From Octopus sinensis (Eukaryota), in the NCBI RefSeq assembly GCF_006345805.1, contig NW_021835142.1, positions 1-42,773 of the forward strand: DNA of 42,773 nucleotides, written 5' to 3'. The position numbers were made by a program, and so were the translations under genes. Shown here one piece after another: positions 12,740 to 25,240 of the stretch (its first letter is position 1; each line of letters opens with the position of its first letter). The notes under the pieces were generated by a model. It saw only the letters and a program-made list of their open reading frames with translations, had not been told where the DNA came from and searched no databases.

Positions 12740-14180
12740 ATGGCGGTGGCGGTGGTTGTGGTGGTGGTGAAGGAGGTAGAACTAAGGTGTTGTTTATGAT
12801 GGCGGTTGTTTGGTTGTGGTGTCATTATGTCGGTTGTTGTGTGATGAGGGGGAAGGCGATATGATGGCTGTGTGTTAGCACTAGAGTGGTAGTACTTCGT
12901 GATGGTGATGGTGGTAGCGGCAGCTGTTTTGTTTGGTGGTGGTTGAGTTTATGTGGTGGTAGTGGCGTATGAAGTAGCGCTGATGGCGAGGTGGTAGTTG
13001 TGTTGGCAGTAGTTGTGCGGTAGTAGTTGTGTCTTTGCATGTGTTGACAATAATTGTGAGGTGGTTATGAGGCCATGGATATCACGTGATTGTAACAGTT
13101 GTATGATGGTCGTAGTTTAACGGTGGTTGTGAGGTGGTGTTGGTTGTAGTGGTAGTAGTAGTCGTAGTGTGATTGTCCTGTAATTCTGATAGTTGTGCGT
13201 TACTAGTTGTTGTTTGGTTGTGATGGTACTTGTTGTGTGGCTGCAGTGATTGTGTGATGCCAGTGGTTGTTATGCTTTTGTGGTGTTGATTGTTGGATGG
13301 TTATAGTGACTGTGTGACAGTCATTGAATGGTAGTTCTTTGTGGTGGTGACAGAAGCGGTGGTGGTAGTTGTGCGATGGTTGTGGCTGTGGTACCGTGGT
13401 GGTGGTAATTATATAATTGTAGTGATTCTGGTGGTAGTTTGAGAGTAGTTGTGTGTTATTGGTGGTAATTATGAAATGACGACGGTCGTGTGGAGGTAAT
13501 AGTTTCGTTGTGGTGGTCATATGGAATGGTCATGTCGAGGTAGTGCGGTGGTGGTGATGTTACAATTATGATTGTGTGGCATTGGTAGTTGTGGTCATAG
13601 ATAGGTCATTTAGTGGGAATTGTGCCCAAGTGACAGGATGGTACAGGTGATAGTAGACAGTGGTCGAATGGTAGTGGTGACGAGGATGATGCTAAGGATG
13701 TAGTGGCGCTCATGTCTCTTCTGTTTCGTATGCACTTATCGCTAGTAGTGGTGTTGATGACCATGGTGGTGGTGGTGATGGTGGTGGAGTTGGTGCTGTT
13801 TTAGTAGTAGTAGTAGTAGTAGTGGCGGTGGTAGTGGTGTTGGTTATGGTGATAACGGTGGTGGTTGTTGTAGTGGTAGTGGTCGTGGCGTTGGTACTGT
13901 TTTGGTAGTAGTGGTAGTGGTGGTGGTGGTGGTGGTGGTGGTAGTGGTATGGTAGTAGTGGTAATGGTCCTGGTTATGGTGGTTGTGGTGGTTATGATGG
14001 TAGTAGTAGTAGTGGTGGTGGAACTGGTGCTGTTTTGGCCGTGGTGGTAGTGATGACGTGTTGATGGTAGTTGTTGCTGTTGTTCGTGGTGATGATGGTG
14101 TTGGTGGTGGTGGTGGTGGTGGTGGTGGCGGTTGTGATAGTGCTGGTTGTAGGACATGTAGTTGTTTGCGGTGTAGTGTT
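12740..14180. repeat. Degenerate G/T-rich trinucleotide low-complexity region (GTG/GTT/GTA/GAT)
   Basis: Direct reading; strong strand skew. Confidence 0.85.
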
Positions 14181-15289
14181 GTTGATGATAATAAACAAAG
14201 GTGTAAGTGTGAATATATTACAACAAACGACAGAAATATGAAAAAAAACAAAAAGAAAAATAATAGAACCAAAGAAAATGGGAAAAAAAAGGCAAAAATA
14301 AAAGCAATTTGTACAGGAATAAAAGAGCAGACGATATCAAGATGGGCGCGGGAAGACAAGAGAGAACATGGAAGGAGGGAGGAGGAGGAGGAGGAGGAGG
14401 AGGAAAAGAAAGGGAAAGGAAGGAGAGCGCTTGTGACGACGTGAGTGGGAGGAGGTGTTAATAGTGTTATAGTAATATTTCAATGGAGAAAGGAGAGAGA
14501 CCGAGAGAGAGAGAGAGAGAAGGACGGAGGGGAAATGAGGAAGTAGGAGAAGTGGTCGAGGGTGGGTGGGTGTAGGTGTCAGTATTGATACTCAAATGGT
14601 TAATGAGAAAGACGATAGATATTGGTGATATATGATTGATGATAAAGATTTACCAGAATGAAAGGCGATGAGGTCGATGATAAAGATGACATAACAGCCA
14701 CGCGATTATCACAGTTGTAACAACTGCTGCTGCTGCTGCTGCCACTGCTACTACTACTACTACTACTACACTACTACTACTACTACTACTACTACACTAC
14801 TACTACTACGATAACGATATTAAAAATTTAATAATTCCTTTTATTATCAGAAGGCCGCAGGTTGAAGGGATTCGCCAAGATGCAAAGAGACCAGAGTTGT
14901 TTTTGTTCTTTTGTTTTGTTTCTTTTTATATATAATTTAGAGGAAAAAGAGGTAGAGAGAGAGAGAGGGGGAGAGAAAGGGAGAGAGAGTGAGAGAAAGA
15001 GAAATAGAAATGATTTTGATTTCTCTCATCGATAAAGGGTCAGATATTTTGCAGTGAATGTGTTGTTGATCGTTTAATCGATCGCAGTATTTCACTTGTG
15101 TTTTATTTCATCGACTCCGACTGAAAAAAAAAAAAAAGGTGACGTTGATCTCGGTGGGGATCGAACTAAATACAGTCTACTGATTTTTGCCCATTTTCCA
15201 TTCATGGGTCCAAATAATAAAGGAATAAATAAGTTAGTAAATAGCAGAAGCAAAAGAAAGCCACGACCACCACCAACAATGGTTGTCTC

Positions 15290-15385
15290 ATATGCTGGCA
15301 CAAGGTCTGAAATTGGGTGCGTCTTAATTGATAGTACTGACCCCAGTGCATGACTGGTAATTATCGACCCAAGAGGGATAAGATA
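15290..15385 (-). mobile_element. SINE family A 3' fragment
   Basis: ggcacaagg...gaccccagtgcatgactggta...attatcgaccc. Confidence 0.6.
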
Positions 15386-15619
15386 ACTTACCATCTAAAG
15401 AAACAAGTGGGGCTGACACCCTTAAGGTAATGTGGTTTTGTGCTCCTTTCCATATGGCCGAGGGGTCTTTGATCCTCTTTCGCCAGTTCGATCAGAACCG
15501 ACATGAGGCTAAACGATAATGACGAGGACGAAGACGACAACGACAACAAGAAGAAGAACAACAACAGCAATAACAACAACAACAGCAAATATAACAATGT
15601 TTCGTGATTTCCGAGAGGT

Positions 15620-15960
15620 ATGTATGTATGTATGTGTGTATGTATGTATGTGTGTGTCTGTGTATGTATATCTATGTATGCATGTATGTATGCATGTATG
15701 TATGTATGTATGTATGTATGCATGTATGTATGTGTGTATGTATGTATGTATGCATGTATGTATGTGTGTATGTATGTATGTATGTATGTGTGTATGTATG
15801 TATGTATGTATGTCAGCATGCATGCATGCATACATGTATGTATGCATGCATGTATGTATGTATGCATGTATGGGTATGCATGTATGTATGTGTGTATGTA
15901 TGTATGTATGTATGTATGTATGTATGTATGTATGTATGTATGTATGCATGTCTGTATGTA
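15620..15960. repeat. (TATG)n tetranucleotide tract
   Basis: Direct reading. Confidence 0.95.
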
Positions 15961-17164
15961 TATCATTGTTCAGTTTTATTTCAAGATTTCTTGCCAATAA
16001 AGAAAGAATCGGTTTCGTACCGAGATCCAAGGCTCCTTCATTGAACTTTCAACATAAACAGGGTATTCTTGTGTGTATGTATGTATGTATGCGTGTATGT
16101 ATGAATATTTGTATGTATTATGTATGTGTGCAGATTTGTATGTTCTGTTTGGTGCATCTCTTCTCGTGCATATGGTTGCATATCTATATCTGCTCATATA
16201 TGTTTAAATGATAAACTTCTGGAAAGTTTTACAGAATTTTACAGTTCCAATGATGGATCTGTAGTTTTCAAATTAGCCTTCTCCTTTCTGGTTTTGAGAA
16301 GCCTAATTTCTCAAAATTGGTATTTAAGCAATGTTACATATCCCAGGGCCCCAATAATTACAAGAATAAACCTGAACTTGTAATATTGAGAGAGTATGTA
16401 TGTATGCATGTATATATGTATGTATATATGTCTGTATGGATTGATGGATGGATGAATGGATTGATGGATGTGTAAATATGTATGCATGTATATATGTATG
16501 TATGTATGTCTGTATGGATAGATGGATGGATGATGGATTGATGGATGTGTAAATTTGGATGTATGTATATCTGTTTATCGCCCATATTATAATCTCTAGT
16601 TTCGTACAGAAAATTATAATGGAACAAAAAATACAAGAATTTATTTCATTTAAAACATACTCAACGTATGTGTAAAGCAAAGACGAAATAGTAATAATAA
16701 AGACAAAAGAAAAGAAGAAAAATAAGAAGGGAGAAGAGTAGTAGTAGGATGAGGAATAGGAGGAAGAGAAGGAGGAAAAATGAAAACAAGCGTTGCAAAT
16801 TTAGAACACAATTCATAGTCTTTGAACATAGCAAGAAATGAGCGAAAGTAATCTTATAAAATCGTGGCAAATATGGAAGATGTGCCGAAAGAAATGTGGC
16901 GTTTATGGAATGATCTACTTAGAGAGAAGGAATAAGGCGGGAATCTCGACTGAATTACTAATGGCCGCTGTGGGAAAATATTTGATATTATTTCAAATTA
17001 ATTAAGTTTGACCCATCTTAATTTCTTTCCATCTCAGTTTGTCACAGTAATTATTTTAAATATTCATGAATATTATTATTATATTTAGAAAAAAAATGTA
17101 ATGTTAATAATAACACAGTGATAATAATAATAATGGGATATGATAAGAAGAATACGAAGAACAA

Positions 17165-17181
17165 CATTATTATTATTATCA

Positions 17182-17252
<71 letters not shown>

Positions 17253-17428
17253 TATAAGATAAATTCTTATTATTACAATTGTCATGATACTGATTGATAT
17301 TATTTTTATCGGTATTGCTGTTGTTGTTGTTGTTGTTATTACTATTATTATTATTATTATTATTGTTATTGTAATTATTATTATTATTATTATTATCATT
17401 ATTATTACTGTTATTGTTATTATTATTA

Positions 17429-17463
<35 letters not shown>

Positions 17464-17775
17464 ATTATTGTTGTTGTTATTATTATTATTGTTGTTGTTG
17501 TTATTAGTATTATTATTATTATTGTTATTATTATTATTATTATTAATATTATTATTGTATTATAATTGTTGTTCTTGTTATCATTATTATTATTATTATT
17601 ATTATTATTGTTATTATTATTATTTTTAATATTATTATTATCATTATTATTAACGACCATCATCATCGTCATCACCATTTCACTATCATTCTTAATCCCA
17701 TTATCTTCCTCAACACGAATGTCATTATAGTTAGTAATAATAATGATAATAATAGAAAAGAGCCACAATGACATG

Positions 17776-17836
<61 letters not shown>

Positions 17837-18025
17837 AACTACTACTACTACTACTACTACTATTACTCTACTATTACTTCTACCATCCCCACTACAGCTA
17901 CTACCACCACCAACACTACTTCTATTATTATTTACTTTCTTACTCCTCATCCTCATCCTCCTCATCCTCATCCTCCTCCTCGTCATCAACGTCATTACTA
18001 TCATCATCATCATCATCATCATCAT
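17165..18025. repeat. (ATT/GTT)n, (CTA)n and (CAT/CCT)n tracts
   Basis: Direct reading. Confidence 0.9.
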
Positions 18026-18100
18026 GAACGACATAATGCTGGCAATATTTGCAGAAAAAATGCTAATAACAGTCTAAGAATCTAAAGAGCAGAATAAGTT

Positions 18101-18248
18101 AAGCATAGACTACAATTGTTTCATAATTAAAACTATTTTCGTATATAAATTGTAACATACATTAAGTCTGCTAAACTAAGCTTCAGCTCCTATACAAGTT
18201 GTGTAACCAACATTGTTTTAGCTATGAAACAATTGTAGTTCGTGCTTT
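18101..18248. mobile_element. ~150-bp MITE-like element
   Basis: Perfect 17-bp inverted repeat actacaattgtttcata (18109-18125 / 18223-18239) within ~32-bp imperfect arms. Confidence 0.6.
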
Positions 18249-18268
18249 ATATACATATATATATATAT

Positions 18269-18329
18269 ATATATTAATAAAAGGAATTCCAACCTTGTCT
18301 GATTTTTGGAATTCCTTTTATTAATATAT
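18269..18329. repeat. Hairpin with 23-bp arms and a 15-nt loop
   Basis: atatattaataaaaggaattcca ... tggaattccttttattaatatat. Confidence 0.85.
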
Positions 18330-18353
18330 TCTTCTATACACAATCACACACAC

Positions 18354-18401
<48 letters not shown>

Positions 18402-18500
18402 AATTTATATAAATAAGGATAAGATCGTTCATTTAAAAATAAAGTAACGATTTTATCAAGTGGTCAGCATGGAAAAAATAACCTTCACTGGTAATAATCA

Positions 18501-18586
18501 TTAGGGTATATACGAGATACCACCATGCTGAAAATAGCAGCCATGGCTACTATTTTCAGCATGGTGGTATCTCGTAAATACCCTAA
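18501..18586. repeat. 86-bp near-perfect palindrome without spacer
   Basis: Centre between 18543 and 18544; two mismatched pairs by eye. Confidence 0.9.
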
Positions 18587-18599
18587 TTTATAATTTTAA

Positions 18600-18634
<35 letters not shown>

Positions 18635-19277
18635 TAATAAAATGTAGACTTTCGTCCTCATCACATAACATAGCAAATAAATCTATGAGAATGGTGGAGA
18701 AGAGAGAAAAACAGTTTTGTAAGGAGATGAGGAATATTTAGGAAAATATTTAGTTGAAACGGTGGAACGGAGAGAAAAACTAGCCAGCAGTCAGCCAATA
18801 AGCAGCAAGGGCAGTGTTAAAAAATAATAGAGGATGATATGAAACTTGTGAGAGGAGGCGTGTGGAATAAGAAATGTAAACTTCTACGATACAGAAGCAA
18901 TGCTAGAAAGGTAACGTGATAAAATAAGTAATGTATTGAGAGATTTTTCGGTCAGTCTGTCTCCGGCTGTCTGTCTCTGTTTCTGTCTGTCCCTCTGTCA
19001 GTTTTCCGATGTATATATGTCTGTCTGTCTGTCTGTATGTATGTATGTATGTATGCATTATGTAGTATGTATTATGTGTGTGAATATGTGTGCATAAATC
19101 AATCTATCTTTCTATCGATCAATCTATCAATCAATCAATCAATCTATCTATCTATCTATCTATATATCTATAATATCTATCTTTTTCTACCTTTCTCTCA
19201 ATTTCTCCCTCCTTCCCTTCATTTCTCCTTCACAGCTCTCTCTCTCCCTCTCCATCCCTATCCTTCTCTCTCTCCAA

Positions 19278-19350
<73 letters not shown>

Positions 19351-19365
19351 TATATATACATAGTA

Positions 19366-19700
19366 TAAGACACTTGCCCGAGACACCACGCAGAGGGACA
19401 GAACCCACTGTGTGGCGCCTTGGGCAAGTGTCCTTGAGAGTGGATTTGGTAGAAGGAAACTAAAAGAAGCCTATCGTATATATGTATATATATATGATTG
19501 TGTGCCTGCGTTTGTCCCGCTACCATCGCCTGACAACTGATGTTGGTGTCTTTACCTCCCCATAGCTTAGCGGTTCGGCGAAACACACCGATATAAAAAG
19601 TACTAGGCGAACAAAGAATAAGTCCTGGAGTCGAATTGTTCGACTAAAGGCAGTGCTCCAGCATGGTCGCAGTCAAATGACTGAAACAATTAAAAGAATA
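19366..19700 (+). mobile_element. CORE-type SINE (family B), 5'-rearranged
   Basis: gcgccttgggcaagtgtc ... ggcagtgctccagcatggtcgcagtcaaatgactgaaac. Confidence 0.85.
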
Positions 19701-19711
19701 TATAAAAACAT

Positions 19712-19948
19712 GGGCATATGGCGTAGTGGTTAAGAGCGCGGACTACTTACCCCAATATTCCGAGTTCGATTCCAAGCAGTGACCTGAATAATAAAAATTT
19801 TGCCCACGGGCATATGGCATAGTGGTTAAGAGTGCAGGCTACTAACCTCAAGATTCAGAGTTCGATTCTGGGCAGCGACATGAATAACAACAAAAACAAC
19901 GATATTGAAAAATACCTCAGAAATGAGAATCCTGATCAAGACACCTAA
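19712..19948 (+). mobile_element. Two tandem tRNA-derived SINE heads (family E; 19712-19790 and 19808-19948)
   Basis: A box tggcgtagtggttaag and B box gagttcgattcc, repeated twice. Confidence 0.8.
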
Positions 19949-19949
19949 T

Positions 19950-20350
19950 AGGCGCAGGAGTGGCTGTGTGGTAAGTAGCTTGTTTACCAACCACAAGGTT
20001 CCGGGTTCAGTCCCATTGCGTGGCACCTTGGGCAAGTGTCTTCTACTATAGCCTCGGGCCGACCAAAGGCTTGTGAGTGGATTTGATAGCCGGAAACTGA
20101 AAGAAGCCCGTCGTATATATGTATATATATATATATGCGTGTGTGTGTTTGTGTGTCTGTGTTTGTCCCCCTAGCATTGCTTGACAACCGATGCTGGTTT
20201 GTTTATGTCCCCGTTACTTAGCGGTTCGGCAAAAGAGACCGATAGAATAAGTAATGGGCTTACAAAAGAATAAGTCCCGGGGTCGAGTTGCTCGATTAAA
20301 GGCGGTGCTCCAGCATGGCCGCAGTCAAATGACTGAAACAAGTAAAAGAG
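19950..20350 (+). mobile_element. Full-length tRNA-derived CORE-type SINE (family B; resembles Octopus OR-type SINEs)
   Basis: A box tggctgtgtggtaag, B box gggttcagtccc, CORE-like gcaccttgggcaagtgtctt, internal (TA)/(TG) tract, tail gcggtgctccagcatggccgcagtc. Confidence 0.9.
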
Positions 20351-21024
20351 TATATGTGTGTGTGTGTGTGTGTATACATGTATATATGCATGCATGTATA
20401 TGTATGTATATAGAACATACATGCACACAGAAATATGTATATATTTACAAATGTATATTATACGTGTACATGTGCTTGTGTATGTGTGTGCGCGTGGGTG
20501 CATCTATGTGTGTGTGTGCAGTGTGTGTGCGTGTGCATGTTTTCACCCTTCTGCTGCCCATTGTCTCCTAGTCTTTCTCTCTCCCCCTTTCCCCATCCAC
20601 ATGTTTCTTCTCTTTCTCTTTCTCTTCCCCCTCTCTCTCTCTCTCCGTTTCAATCGCAAGTCAAATTGTAATTTCGTCTTCAATAGTTGGTAACGTATAA
20701 AGAAGAAAAAAAAAGGAAAAACCTGAACAAGAACAACAACACCAAAAAACAACAGAAACCAATGACAGAACGTAAAGCAAATAAATAAAATAAATTTCAA
20801 AAGAAAAAAAGAAAACAAGAACTAAGGCTGCACAAAGACAATTCCAAGAACAGATTTCGTAATTGTAGGAAGAATTATTTGATTAGGCAAAACTCTGTAG
20901 TAGCAGCAGCAGCAGCAGCAACGACAACAGCAACAACAACAACAGGAAAGACACCTAACAATGAAAATACATCAACAACAAGAACATCCTTAAACTTGGA
21001 TACACGCCCAACTTGTGCGTGCAC

Positions 21025-21484
21025 AAACACACACACACACACACACACGCACACACACACACATGCATACATACACACTAAACTAAAAAAATTTACACAA
21101 ATTACTGTTTTACTAACAGACAGATATTTGAGCATGGGTACATCCATACATACATACATACATACATACATACATACATACATACATGCATACACACACT
21201 CGTATATACATGCATACATACATACATACACACATACATACATACAAACATACATACATACATACATACATACATGCATACATACATACATACATACATA
21301 CATGCATACATACATGCATACATACATACATGCATACATACATACATACATACATACATACATACATACATACACACATACATGCATACATACATACATA
21401 CATGCATACATACATACATACATACATACATACACCACTCATATATACATGCATATATGTGGTATATATATATATATATAATAT

Positions 21485-21526
<42 letters not shown>

Positions 21527-21530
21527 TGTT
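21025..21530. repeat. (CA)n, (TACA)n and (TA)n tracts
   Basis: Direct reading. Confidence 0.9.
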
Positions 21531-21539
21531 TATATATGT

Positions 21540-21786
21540 GTGCAATAGCCCAGTGGTTAGGGTAGAGGACTCGCGGTGGTAGAATCGCAGTTTCGATTCC
21601 CAGACTGGGCGTTGTGAGTGTTTATTGAGCGAAAACACTTAAAGCTCCACTAGGCTCTGGCAGGGGGTTGGTGGCGAACCCTGCAGTACTCTTTCACCTC
21701 AACTTTCTCTCACTCTTTCTTCCTGTTTCTGTTGTACCTGTATTTCAAAGGGGCCAGCCTTGCCACACTCTGTGACACGCTGAATC
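21540..21786 (+). mobile_element. tRNA-derived SINE, family C head and body with an alternative tail
   Basis: gcccagtggttaggg...gtttcgattcccag...tttattgagcgaaaacac; matches 32358-32550, then diverges. Confidence 0.85.
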
Positions 21787-21999
21787 TATGTATATCAGTG
21801 ATAGAAAAAGTCGTTTACGTTTCGACCCTACGCTCTTCTACCATAAGGAACACAGAAAGAAACAGGGAGAAACAAGGAGAGAAAAAGATGTGTGTAGTGG
21901 TTAACAATCTATCATATATATATGTACACACACACACACACACACACACACATAATATATATATATATATATATATGTACACACACATATACATACGTA

Positions 22000-22345
22000 T
22001 ATTCCTTTATTCGTATCAATCAATCGGTTGCAGTGATGGTGGAGCACCACTGTAGTTTTCCACTTTTTACAAATGATTTTTCTTTGACTGATTTCTTCGG
22101 GGTTTGGGAAATTCATATTGCCACTTGTGTATGAGCTTTTGCCTTGGTGATTGGCCTCTTTGGTGCTTATTGAAGGGGTTTGACGCTGCTGCCCTCATAT
22201 ACACTTTTCGCCGGTCCGTTGATTCATTCGGTAATGTGAAGAGGAGAATGCCTAGTTCATCCACGTCCACATTGCATAAGCTTTCATGGCAGGGCATTGA
22301 AGAGCTGTGGGTCTTTGAAAGATAAGCTATTGCACTACCTGGTCC
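22000..22345 (-). mobile_element. 3' end of a CR1/L2-group LINE (ORF2 C-terminus plus 3' UTR)
   Basis: Minus strand reads SLSFKDPQLFNALP, a frameshift, then SLCNVDVDELGILLFTLPNESTDRRKVYMRAAASN. This fits invertebrate CR1-type endings (GPQLFN.LP...LD.FL..VPDEP). Confidence 0.7.
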
Positions 22346-22422
22346 AGGATCTATTGGTGTGGATGTGTATATATGCATACATACATACATACATACACAT
22401 ACATACATACATACAACATACA

Positions 22423-22485
<63 letters not shown>

Positions 22486-22499
22486 ATATATATATATAT

Positions 22500-22765
22500 A
22501 TAATAACAAATTAATAAATAAAACATATGCATATATACATACATATATGTACATACCTACATCTATTTGTATATATATACATGCATATATGGGTACAGGA
22601 CACCCCACCAAAAAAAAACGTAGAACACAACGAGAAACGAAAACAAAAACAAACACATGGAAACGAACTTTTTCAAACAACGAAAAAACAGAGTACAAGA
22701 CATACAACAGAAGGAACATTCCCCTTCTTCAGCTGCCCCTGCTTCGACTACTCCGTGTTTCGAAG
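22500..22765. mobile_element. TA-embedded dispersed repeat (same family as 40381-40695), possibly a Penelope-like terminal repeat
   Basis: Shared aaataaaacatatgcata...acatacctacatcta and aacaacgaaaaaacagagtacaagaca...ttccccttc.tcagctgcccct. Confidence 0.7.
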
Positions 22766-22900
22766 GTATTGTTTGTTTGTGCGTGTGAGTGTGTTTACGT
22801 GTGTCAGTGTGTATCTATATGTGTATACATATATATGCATATATATATCAAGCCTAACCGTGTTTACCTGTATCACATTTTCTCTCTCTCTCTCTCTCTC

Positions 22901-22935
<35 letters not shown>

Positions 22936-23168
22936 TTCTGTGTGTATGTGTGTGTGTGTGTAAAGCATAACTTTTTCATAAAACTATATAGATATACAAG
23001 AATATACATAGAGGCCTAAATAATGGTTAATTGGCGCGCAATTTAAATTTAAATCGCGGCCTATACTTATATATACATGAAATCATATATACATATACAT
23101 TATGTATATATAAATATGCACGTTATGTATATATATACTTATATAAGATACATTGTATATCATATAAG

Positions 23169-23199
<31 letters not shown>

Positions 23200-23829
23200 T
23201 ATATATATTATATGTATGATTATAATATGAGAAAATACACTAAGTGAAATTCTAGTTGCTACTACAAATCGCTCAAGTGTCAATTAACAATATAACGAAG
23301 CAGAATTCTTGACTTTGATTTTGGAAGATATTGAGGAAAAACTGTCTAAAAAGCGTTCTAACGTAATTACTGGAGTTGAAATATCAAACGGCTTCGCTAG
23401 TTTAATTTAATAGATGTCAGCAACACGGCGGAGGTTTGTTTCAACTCTTACAACGATTATAGCAGAATCATAATTTTCCAAACTTGAATTAAAAGTTGAA
23501 TTAACTTAAATAGGCGCAGTTTCGTGTTTAAGCATTTTGGTTTAAAAGATTTCTAAAAACCGAAGATGGTGTTTTATAATGTCACGGAAAGATGGGCGGT
23601 TGGAGAAGTGGAGAGGTGGAACGGTGTGTAATGTGTGTGTGGGGGGGGGGGGGCTGGGAAGTGATGGAATGGTAGTGGTGGTGAGGGTGTCGGTGGTGGT
23701 GGAGGTGAGTGGTGGTGAAGAAAATTCCGTCGGAGTCAACCAGTGATTAGTGAACAGGTCACGTTAACAATAGTATATATACACATATACATACATATTT
23801 CTTCGTGGATATATATATACACATACCGC

Positions 23830-23830
23830 G

Positions 23831-23862
<32 letters not shown>

Positions 23863-23891
23863 TGTATGTATGTATGTATGTATGTATGTAT

Positions 23892-23922
<31 letters not shown>

Positions 23923-24115
23923 CATATATATATATGTATGTATTGTATATGCATATATACATGTGTATGTTTGCGCACATAGATATATACATATATGTGA
24001 GTATATATTTACAAACACATACGTATGTTTCTCTCTCTCAATTTATATTTGTACATATGCCTCTCTCTCCTGTCTATATATGAGCGTGTGTGTTAGTGCA
24101 TGTGTGTGTGTGAGA

Positions 24116-24161
<46 letters not shown>

Positions 24162-25240
24162 TGTGTGTGTGTGTATGTGTGTGTGAACTGTTTTGCCTGT
24201 AAATATGCAGAATGGTTACTTCGTATAAAATGTTCTTTGCTTTTACTAAATTCATACATACACACATTCACAAATATACCCGTCTAGCTATCTGTCTGTC
24301 TGTCTATTTGTCTTTGTGACTATCTATCTATTTATCTGTTTCTAGGTCTGCAGGTCTGTTTGTCCGTATGTTCTTCTATTTATGTATGCAAGTATATATG
24401 TACATACATGTATACTTGTGAATATGGATATGTACGTAGATGAACGTTCGTGATATCGTCTTTCGTACTCTTCAGTCACAGTAGCAATTCTGTTATCACA
24501 CGATAAAAGATCTATTTGATGAATACAAATTAGTCCGGCGATTGTCAGAGAGGCGAGCCAATTACATGATGCTGTTTATCAAATGAACTTCTACCCCCAC
24601 CCCCCACCCCGCCACTCGACAGTACCTCTTTCGTCTCTCATTTATCATCTCTGTATTTATATATGCTTAATATAGTTAATAGTTGCTTCTTTAGCAAACA
24701 CAAGTATATACATGCATACAAACATATATATATTATATGATAATTATATATATATACTATATATATATAATATATATATATATATAGTAGGTATATATGT
24801 ATATATGCACACATATACAGATATATATAATATATATATATATATATAAATATATAATAATATAATGTATAATATAAATGTATATATATATAAATATATA
24901 TAAAGTATATATATATAAATATATAAATGTATATATATAAATATATATAAATGTATATATATATAAATATATATAAATGTATATATATATATATACATGC
25001 GTACCTACATATACATGTAAACTGATATATAATATTTAGACACACACACATTATATATATCATATTTATATTTGGGTACGTAGTACGAACGTACAGTTGT
25101 ATATAGTTGTGAAAGTATATTTATACATATTTCATATATTACGTTGTATATATATAGCATAGTGTATATATATATATATGTGTGTGTATATATATACACA
25201 CATACATACATATGTGTGTGCGTGTGTGTGTGTGCATGTA
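23830..25240. repeat. (TATG)n, (TG)n and (TA)n-rich fields with unique spacers
   Basis: Direct reading. Confidence 0.85.

Noticed and set aside
13801-14444. His/Thr/Pro-rich ORFs resembling a transcription-factor or mucin exon
   Set aside because: Pure triplet repeats open on both strands and several frames; no splice or domain support
18501-18586. Telomeric TTAGGG/CCCTAA at the palindrome ends
   Set aside because: Single hexamers only, with no array
19712-19880. tRNA genes (also the heads at 21540, 27427, 32358 and 38301)
   Set aside because: A and B boxes are present, but acceptor stems are incomplete and the sequences continue into SINE bodies
24592-24612. C-rich run giving a potential G-quadruplex on the minus strand
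   Set aside because: Short, isolated and common in such genomes; no supporting context
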